Assembly: GCA_905182125.1 (NCBI GenBank)
Contig: CAJJAV010000026.1
Coordinates: forward strand, 18,194-82,193
Length of the DNA stretch: 64,000 nucleotides
Reading direction: 5' to 3'
Source: an uncultured Candidatus Poseidoniales archaeon
GTDB lineage: Archaea; Thermoplasmatota; Poseidoniia; Poseidoniales; Poseidoniaceae
Made by a program: the position numbers and the translations under genes. Positions within the stretch are counted from its first letter, which is position 1; the number at the start of each line of letters is the position of its first letter. Shown piece by piece: positions 57,886-64,000 of this stretch. The notes under the pieces are model-generated. The model saw nothing but the letters and a program-made list of their open reading frames with translations, was not told the origin of the DNA and did not search any database.

Positions 57886-58914
57886 ATGGGCTGCAACCTT
57901 CGAGACATCACAGCACCAGAGACCATCGATCTGAACACTCTTGCTGGAAAGCGCGTCGGCGTTGACGCTTTCTTGACCGCCTTCCAGTTTCTCACCACGA
58001 TGCGCGACCGATCCCCTCAGGGTGACGGTGGACCATTACGGGCAGAAAACGGTAAAGTTGTGTCCCATCTCATGGGCTTTCTGAACCGAACCACAACCCT
58101 TCTCGCTGCCGGTATCAAACCTGTGTATGTGTTTGACGGAACCGCTCCAGAATTGAAAGCAGATGAAATCGCTCAACGGCGTGCACGGCGCGTCGAAGCC
58201 GAACGAATCCACAAAGAAGCACTTGCCGTGGGAGATTTCCCACTTGCACAGAAGATGGCCCAACGGATCATGCATTATTCTCCAGAGATGGTTGCTGAAA
58301 CCAAACACTTGCTTGATTTGCTTGGCGTACCTTGGGTTGATGCCAAGGCAGAAGGTGAAGGCCAAGCTGCTGTGATGGCTGCAAAAGGTCAACTCGATGT
58401 GGTGGCAACCCAAGACTGGGACGCCCTGCTGTACGGCACGCCGTTCCTGGTTCGCAACTTGATGAGCCATGGATCAAAGCAACACGGTCGCGTCGTTCAA
58501 GCCCAGAAGATCTTGTTGGATGAAGTGCTTGTTGCGAACGAATTGAGCCGAGAACAACTGATTGATTTGGCCATTATGATCGGTACAGATTTCCACCCGG
58601 GCATCAAAGGCATCGGTCCTAAAACCGGCATGAAGTTGATCAAAACTCACGGCACCATCGAGGCTATTTGCGAAGCTAAGGAAAAGGAAGTGCCCGAGCG
58701 TCTTGACGAAATCCGTTCAATTTTCCACGACCATCCAGCTCACGAGGTCGCCGATGCTGATCTGGAGCCTGGACAAGTCGACACCAAGGGGCTAATACAA
58801 TTTTTACAAGTTGAACGTCAATTCAGTCAACGTCGAATGGACAACGCCTTTGACAAGTTAAGGGAAGTCGGGCTCATTCGAGAAGGCGGTCAGACATCGC
58901 TGTTTTCGTTCTGA
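57886..58914 (+). CDS. fen: Flap endonuclease 1
   Basis: MGCNLRDI...GKRVGVDAFLTAFQF, VYVFDGTAPELK, ATQDWDALLYG, and H3TH GTDFHPGIKGIGPKTGMKLI. The upstream 263 codons of the 605-aa ORF are antisense to trm11 and are not coding. Confidence 0.92.
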   Translation: MGCNLRDITAPETIDLNTLAGKRVGVDAFLTAFQFLTTMRDRSPQGDGGPLRAENGKVVSHLMGFLNRTTTLLAAGIKPVYVFDGTAPELKADEIAQRRARRVEAERIHKEALAVGDFPLAQKMAQRIMHYSPEMVAETKHLLDLLGVPWVDAKAEGEGQAAVMAAKGQLDVVATQDWDALLYGTPFLVRNLMSHGSKQHGRVVQAQKILLDEVLVANELSREQLIDLAIMIGTDFHPGIKGIGPKTGMKLIKTHGTIEAICEAKEKEVPERLDEIRSIFHDHPAHEVADADLEPGQVDTKGLIQFLQVERQFSQRRMDNAFDKLREVGLIREGGQTSLFSF

Positions 58915-59951
58915 GTGGTCATAAACCGCAATGGGCTTGCTAAGACATCAACACCCATGTGTTGCGTAACTGCTCCACGCGCCACGCTTTGAGGGTCAGC
59001 CAAGGCTTCCAATACGGTGTTCACAGGAGCGCATGGCACGCCATCGAGCAGGCGTTCTAATGCCTCGCGAGGGTGCTGTTGGATGACTTTTGCCACACAG
59101 GATTCAACACCTTCTCGGTCAAGCACGCGCCCCTTGTTCGTGGCCCACTCGGGTTGAGTTGCCGCTTCAGTGAGCGCCAGTCGTTCCACAACAGTCGCCC
59201 ATTGTGCATCCGAGCCAACACCGAGCACAAACCAACCGTCTTTCGCTTCAAACGCACGGTAAGGTACGAGGTTTGGATGTGCTGAACCCATGGCGACGGG
59301 ATTGGTTCCACTCGCCATGGCGTTGTGGGCTTGATTGACAAGTGCGGCAATGGCGCAATCCCACAGTGAAAGATCAATCCGCATCACTTCACCAGTTCGT
59401 TCTTTCTTGAACAGTGCAGCAAGGATGGCGTTGGCTGCGTTGAGCCCAGTGATGACGTCGATCCATGCGACGCCGACCTTCACCGGTGCGCCTTGCGCTT
59501 CACCAGTGATGCTCATGATGCCAGAACGGGCTTGCAGAGCCACATCATAGCCGGGTTCATCTCGTCGGGGTCCAGTGGCACCGTAGGCGGAGATCGAGCA
59601 CACGATGACATGGGCAGGCAATGGTCCAAGCAGGCGTTCAAGCGTTCCGGGCTTGAAATTTTCAACCACCACATCAGCGGTTTCGATCATCGCCCGCACC
59701 GAGGCAGCGTCCTGTTTGAGGTCGAAGTTGACAATTGTCTTGTTGCGGTTGCATGACAAAAAGTACGCAGCGATTTCTTTTCCATCGAATCCCTTGGTAA
59801 AAGGCGGCCCCCATCGGCGCGTGTCATCGCCCCACGGTGCCTCGATTTTGATCACTTCGGCACCAAGGTCAGCGAGCATTTGTGTGGCGTATGGTCCGGC
59901 GAGGATCCTCGAGACGTCGACGACTTTGACACCCTGCAATATTCCGCTCAT
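58890..59951 (-). CDS. CoA-transferase family III protein (CaiB/BaiF/alpha-methylacyl-CoA racemase-like)
   Basis: GVKVVDVSRILAGPYATQMLADLGAEVIKIE. Start at ATG 59951 (MSGILQG). The 3' end overlaps the fen 3' end by 25 nt (convergent). Confidence 0.82.
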   Translation of the reverse strand: MSGILQGVKVVDVSRILAGPYATQMLADLGAEVIKIEAPWGDDTRRWGPPFTKGFDGKEIAAYFLSCNRNKTIVNFDLKQDAASVRAMIETADVVVENFKPGTLERLLGPLPAHVIVCSISAYGATGPRRDEPGYDVALQARSGIMSITGEAQGAPVKVGVAWIDVITGLNAANAILAALFKKERTGEVMRIDLSLWDCAIAALVNQAHNAMASGTNPVAMGSAHPNLVPYRAFEAKDGWFVLGVGSDAQWATVVERLALTEAATQPEWATNKGRVLDREGVESCVAKVIQQHPREALERLLDGVPCAPVNTVLEALADPQSVARGAVTQHMGVDVLASPLRFMTTQNENSDV

Positions 59952-60003
59952 GTTGGGGCCAAGTGTCCGAAAGGGTTGAACCTCACCCCCACAACCACGC
60001 CGT

Positions 60004-61473
60004 ATGGTGCTGTTTGATTTCGATGACGACCGCACATGGAAAGGGTTGCTCATTCTCGGGCTTGTTCTGAACCTGCTCGTTTGCTTCACAAGCGACCTGG
60101 GCTACGATACCCATGTCAAAATGGCCGTTGATGAATCAGGTGGTCTTCCATGGGGCGATGTGCGCCCTGAAGTGGCTGGTTTCAGCGATCCGAACGATGC
60201 TGGTGAGCGTTTTGTTCTGCCCGTGTATTCGGGCTCAGAAGCTTCGATTAAAGCCACAGCCCTCGTTGTCTTCTTTGGATTGATTGCGTATGTTCACCGC
60301 TCGGTTGGTGTTCGGTCTGCTGCGGTACTGTCGCTTTCACCCGCTCTTATTTTTTCAGTTGGACGTGGCTATGAGGAAGTGTACTTTGCTTTGCTGTTCG
60401 CCCTTGCGTTCGTCCTGTTCTGTGGTCTCTGGTCGCAACGAATGCGCGTGCTTCAGGGGTTGATTGGTGGATGGGTGCTGATGTGCATCCCCTATGCCAA
60501 AGGTATGGTGGACCCGTCAACTGTTGGTCTCATCGGTTGCCTCTTGGGCGGTCTTGCTGCTGCATGGTATTCAGCACAAAGCCACGACGATCCTCGCTTG
60601 GCTTGGACCCGAAAACCGCTGACTTCTGGTGTTGTGGCATTGAGTGTTACGGCGTTGTTCATGCTCTTGGTCGGTGGCTTCGAAGCTTCACCGACCCTTG
60701 GCATCATGGTTGACTACCCCCTCAGGTATGCATCAGCTGTGGGGTTTGCAGTGTTCGATGCCATTGTGGTCTTCATGCTGTTCGGAATGGTGTTGTGGCC
60801 TCTCGTTCGCCCAGCGCTTGGCGCTCTCAAGGAGATAAACGATCCAAAGATGGCCACGATGGTCGCCATGATTTCTGCTGCCATGGCCGCTTTGGTGTTC
60901 TACATTGCAGCACTTTGGACCTTTGAATCCGTGCTTTGGGGCTCTTCTTGGCCAGGAGTAATTTGGACGATGGGCAACAACGGTCGATATGTGACGTTGC
61001 TGTTCATTCCCTGCGTGATGCTGTTGAAGCATTTGAATCTCGAAGCAAACGTTCCTTCACTTGACGCACCGCAAGGTACGGCGAAGGCAATCGCAGTTAC
61101 CCTTCTGTTCCTTCTTCCAGTCACCTTGCTGGCAAGCATCCATGGTCAAACAACGTGGACTGATGATGCAGCAGAATCAATGCCTCTCGACGAGGGCGAT
61201 CATTTCCTCTTTGTTTCAGAAGCGACCCTTGGAATGCATTGGTTCTACACCTTCTACGAACCGCTGAATGCGGAAGAAAACAACCTCACTGGTCATTGGC
61301 GTTCGATGGACGTCAACTGGGTTGACGACTTGGAGCAGAACCTTTCGCATGTGAAGGTGGTCGTGCTTTCACCAGATGTTGATAACGTTCCCACAGGATG
61401 GGTTGTTGACTCAAGTGGAGAAGCAGATCTTCTCAACGGCGGAGGCGAGTGGCGCGTTTTAACGCGCACTTGA
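60004..61473 (+). CDS. Polytopic membrane protein, possibly a GT-C-fold (ArnT/PMT-like) glycosyltransferase
   Basis: At least 10 hydrophobic helices and an acidic first loop (SDLGYDTH) reminiscent of GT-C enzymes. The C-terminal soluble domain is about 90 aa. Assignment is tentative. Confidence 0.4.
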   Translation: MVLFDFDDDRTWKGLLILGLVLNLLVCFTSDLGYDTHVKMAVDESGGLPWGDVRPEVAGFSDPNDAGERFVLPVYSGSEASIKATALVVFFGLIAYVHRSVGVRSAAVLSLSPALIFSVGRGYEEVYFALLFALAFVLFCGLWSQRMRVLQGLIGGWVLMCIPYAKGMVDPSTVGLIGCLLGGLAAAWYSAQSHDDPRLAWTRKPLTSGVVALSVTALFMLLVGGFEASPTLGIMVDYPLRYASAVGFAVFDAIVVFMLFGMVLWPLVRPALGALKEINDPKMATMVAMISAAMAALVFYIAALWTFESVLWGSSWPGVIWTMGNNGRYVTLLFIPCVMLLKHLNLEANVPSLDAPQGTAKAIAVTLLFLLPVTLLASIHGQTTWTDDAAESMPLDEGDHFLFVSEATLGMHWFYTFYEPLNAEENNLTGHWRSMDVNWVDDLEQNLSHVKVVVLSPDVDNVPTGWVVDSSGEADLLNGGGEWRVLTRT

Positions 61474-61475
61474 CC

Positions 61476-61655
61476 TCAATCGTTCTTGTCGGCCTGAACT
61501 TGTGCGCGCACATCTTGTGCAGCGGACTTTGCGGTTTGCATAGCCTTGCGAACACGGGTGCCAGCAGCGGCGTTACCCTTGTCGTGCTTCACAGCATCAG
61601 CAAGAGCAGCAGTCAAATCATCAATCATCGTTTGTACCATAGCCTGAACGGACAT
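61476..61655 (-). CDS. Small basic Hc1-type 'histone H1-like' protein
   Basis: DKGNAAAGTRVRKAMQTAKSAAQDVRAQV resembles the GNxAAGxRxRK core of bacterial Hc1-like proteins as I recall it. Start at ATG 61655 (the longer ORF extends to 61715). Confidence 0.5.
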   Translation of the reverse strand: MSVQAMVQTMIDDLTAALADAVKHDKGNAAAGTRVRKAMQTAKSAAQDVRAQVQADKND

Positions 61656-61850
61656 ATCTTCGGCCCTACCGTTTCGGTCTTTATCTCTTCTGCTGGTATT
61701 TCTTGAAAACGACATGTCAGAAACGATGTATAGAGAGCCAGAGGCTGTTTTTCAACCTCAAAAACCGACTTCATCGCAGATTTTGTGTCTCCTCCGGGGC
61801 GAGGGGTTGAAAACCCCGGGGTTGGAGGGGGTGGTAAGGAGGAGCATGAG

Positions 61851-64000
61851 ATGCGTTTTGGTGTTCGAGGTACGCTGCCTGACCCAGACCCTGTGGCAAC
61901 ACAGGAATGGATCGACTCAATTTTGGCTGTTCGCAATCAAATTGGCGAAGAAGAAGCTCGTCGTTTATTGCTCTCCACAGTGGATGCTGCTCGAGATGCT
62001 GGCGTCGAAATCGATGTCGTCAACACCCCTTACATGAACACCCTTCACCCCGATCAACAAGGAACCTATCCTGGCGATTTGGATTTGGAAAAGCGACTCC
62101 ACGGCGTCATTCGCTGGAACGCAATGATGATGGTGACACGTGGCAACAAATACTTCGAAGGCATTGGCGGCCACATCTCGACCTATGCCTCAGCCTCCCA
62201 CGCTTGGGAAATCGGGTTTAACCACTTCTTCCGCGGAAAAGATGGCGCAGGCCAAGGCGATCACCTGTATTGGCAAGGTCATGCTTCGCCCGGTATCTAT
62301 GCCCGGGCTTGGCTTGAAGGTCGGTTGACCCATGAACAAATGGAGGCGTTCCGACAAGAAACCGGTGGCAAAGGGCTGTCTTCCTACCCGCATCCACGGT
62401 TGATGCCTGAATTCTGGGAATTCCCAACCGTCAGCATGGGCCTTGGTGCCATGACTGCGATTCATCAGGCTCGATTCAACCGCTACCTCGAAGACCGTGG
62501 CTTGGTTTCAACCATCAACTCGCGCGTCTGGTACACGATGGGCGATGGAGAATCTGATGAACCTGAATCACTGTCTCAACTTTCCCTGGCAGGCCGAGAA
62601 GGCCTCGACAACATCGTGATGACGATGAATTGCAACCTGCAGCGACTCGACGGACCGGTCCGAGGCAATTCCAAGATCGTCCAGGAACTCGAAGGCCGCT
62701 TCCGCGGTGCTGGCTGGAACGTCATCAAGGTGCTCTGGGGCAGCAGTTGGGATCCATTGTTTGCCAGTGACACCAACGGTCTGCTCGCAGCACGCCTCGA
62801 TTCACTCGTCGACGGTGATGAGCAACGCATCATGACCGCCGACGGCGAGATCATCCGGAAGGACTTGTTCAACTCGGAAGGACTTGCAGCCTTGGTCGCT
62901 CACCTGAGCGATGAAGAGCTCGTCGATTTGTGCGCTGATGTTGGCGGTCACGACTTCATCAAACTCCACGCAGCCTACGCTCAAGCAACCGCCCACAAGG
63001 GCCAGCCAACCGTTGTGCTCATGCGCACCATCAAAGGATACGGCCTTGGTCCTGCCTTTGCAGGTCGAAACACCACCCATCAAAAGAAGAAAGCAGGAAT
63101 GGAAAGCATTCAGTACATGCGCGACGATATTGGCTTGTCGTTTTCAGATGAAGACCTTGAGAACTATCCTTACGTCATGCCTGAAGATGTTCCTGAACTG
63201 GTGGCTTACGCCAAGCAACGCCGAGGTGCTATGGACGGTTTCATGCCAAGCCGCTCCGTGCCCAAGTTCGATCTTAGCCTGCCAGGTGAAGCCACCTACG
63301 GCGAGTTCGATGAAGGCACAAAAGGAAAAATGCAAATCTCGACCACCATGGCTTTTGTGCGTATTTTACGCGCCTTGATGAAGGACAAAGAATTCGGTGA
63401 GCGCATCGTTCCAATCATTCCTGATGAGGCCCGCACCTTCGGTATGGATCCCTTGTTTGCAGAATTCGGCATTTACCACCCTGAAGGCCAGTTGTACAAA
63501 CCGGTCGACCACAAGGTGCTGATGAAGTACAAAGAATCAGCCAAAGGCCAACTCTTGGAAGAGGGCATCAATGAAGCAGGAGCAACCTCGACGTTCATCG
63601 CCTCTGCAACCTCATTTGCCACCCATCACTACCCAACCGTTCCATTCTACACCTTCTATTCGATGTTCGGATTCCAGCGCGTGGCTGACCTCATCTGGTC
63701 GGCAGCAGATCAGCGCGCCCGCGGGTTCCTGATGGGTGCAACCTCTGGACGTACCACCCTCAATGGAGAAGGTCTCCAACACCAAGACGGCCACTCCCTG
63801 TTGATGGCCCACACCAACCCTGCCGTGCGAGCATGGGATCCTGCGTTCGCTTACGAACTGGCCACCATTATTCGCCACGGCATCGATGAGATGTACGCCC
63901 AAGACATGGATGTCATCCACTACATCGCCGTCTACAACGAGAATTATCCAATGCCTCCGAAGCCAGAAGGCGTCGATGAAGGCATCATTCGAGGCCTCTA
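61851..64000 (+). CDS. aceE: Pyruvate dehydrogenase E1 component, homodimeric (AceE) type, 3'-partial (runs off window end)
   Basis: Not in the supplied ORF track, because there is no stop within the window. Hand translation from ATG 61851 (AAGGAGGAG 7 nt upstream) gives MRFGVRGTLPDPDPVATQEWIDSI... Downstream motifs are GGHISTYASA, GDGESDEPES, NCNLQRLDGPVRGN, RTIKGYG, IVPIIPDEARTFGMD, FYTFYSMFGFQR and GATSGRTTLNGEGLQHQDGHS. The frame stays open to nt 64000. Confidence 0.9.
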   Translation, partial: MRFGVRGTLPDPDPVATQEWIDSILAVRNQIGEEEARRLLLSTVDAARDAGVEIDVVNTPYMNTLHPDQQGTYPGDLDLEKRLHGVIRWNAMMMVTRGNKYFEGIGGHISTYASASHAWEIGFNHFFRGKDGAGQGDHLYWQGHASPGIYARAWLEGRLTHEQMEAFRQETGGKGLSSYPHPRLMPEFWEFPTVSMGLGAMTAIHQARFNRYLEDRGLVSTINSRVWYTMGDGESDEPESLSQLSLAGREGLDNIVMTMNCNLQRLDGPVRGNSKIVQELEGRFRGAGWNVIKVLWGSSWDPLFASDTNGLLAARLDSLVDGDEQRIMTADGEIIRKDLFNSEGLAALVAHLSDEELVDLCADVGGHDFIKLHAAYAQATAHKGQPTVVLMRTIKGYGLGPAFAGRNTTHQKKKAGMESIQYMRDDIGLSFSDEDLENYPYVMPEDVPELVAYAKQRRGAMDGFMPSRSVPKFDLSLPGEATYGEFDEGTKGKMQISTTMAFVRILRALMKDKEFGERIVPIIPDEARTFGMDPLFAEFGIYHPEGQLYKPVDHKVLMKYKESAKGQLLEEGINEAGATSTFIASATSFATHHYPTVPFYTFYSMFGFQRVADLIWSAADQRARGFLMGATSGRTTLNGEGLQHQDGHSLLMAHTNPAVRAWDPAFAYELATIIRHGIDEMYAQDMDVIHYIAVYNENYPMPPKPEGVDEGIIRGL

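Noticed and set aside
1-64000. CRISPR arrays, rRNA genes, transposases/IS elements
   Set aside because: Visual scanning found no regularly spaced intergenic direct repeats, no rRNA-like conserved blocks and no transposase motifs. The only tandem repeats are intragenic (protease Ca-binding repeats, K/A-rich tail, Pro/Gly-rich tail).

Overview
This 64-kb window is gene-dense chromosomal DNA with about 60 protein genes and 2 tRNAs. I found no rRNA, CRISPR array, transposase or obvious prophage.

The information-processing genes are clearly archaeal: topoisomerase VI A and B, TFB, FEN1, Sec61-beta, Trm11/Trm-G10, archaeal phosphopantothenate synthetase and a XerA-like recombinase. They sit next to an aerobic respiratory operon (coxB-coxA-coxC-coxD-SCO1), many large acidic secreted or membrane-anchored proteins, and several bacterial-type genes: homodimeric AceE, fused RibD, RNase HI, an Hc1-like protein and DUF2237. 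From gene content alone I infer an aerobic heterotrophic marine euryarchaeon, Marine Group II/III-like. No database search was possible, and all calls rest on motifs read by eye from the supplied translations plus hand translation.

Points most worth follow-up:
- A TerB-TerB-orphan N6-adenine methyltransferase cassette.
- A cytochrome oxidase operon whose subunits I and III and whose SCO1 chaperone all carry large extra extracytoplasmic modules. The SCO1 thioredoxin fold is split by an insertion of about 280 aa.
- A SAP-domain protein tethered to the membrane.
- A kexin-like convertase with TSP3 and MopE-type repeats.
- A frameshifted sugar nucleotidyltransferase at the end of a seven-gene minus-strand cluster that begins with four unannotatable membrane/coiled-coil proteins.
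- Two bacterial-style histone-H1-like DNA-binding proteins.
- A 5'-complete, 3'-partial aceE gene (61851..64000) that is missing from the supplied ORF track because it runs off the window end.

Many start codons were moved inward from the ORF-track coordinates. I did this where the longest ORF overlapped a neighbouring gene or where a conserved N-terminus begins at an internal ATG.
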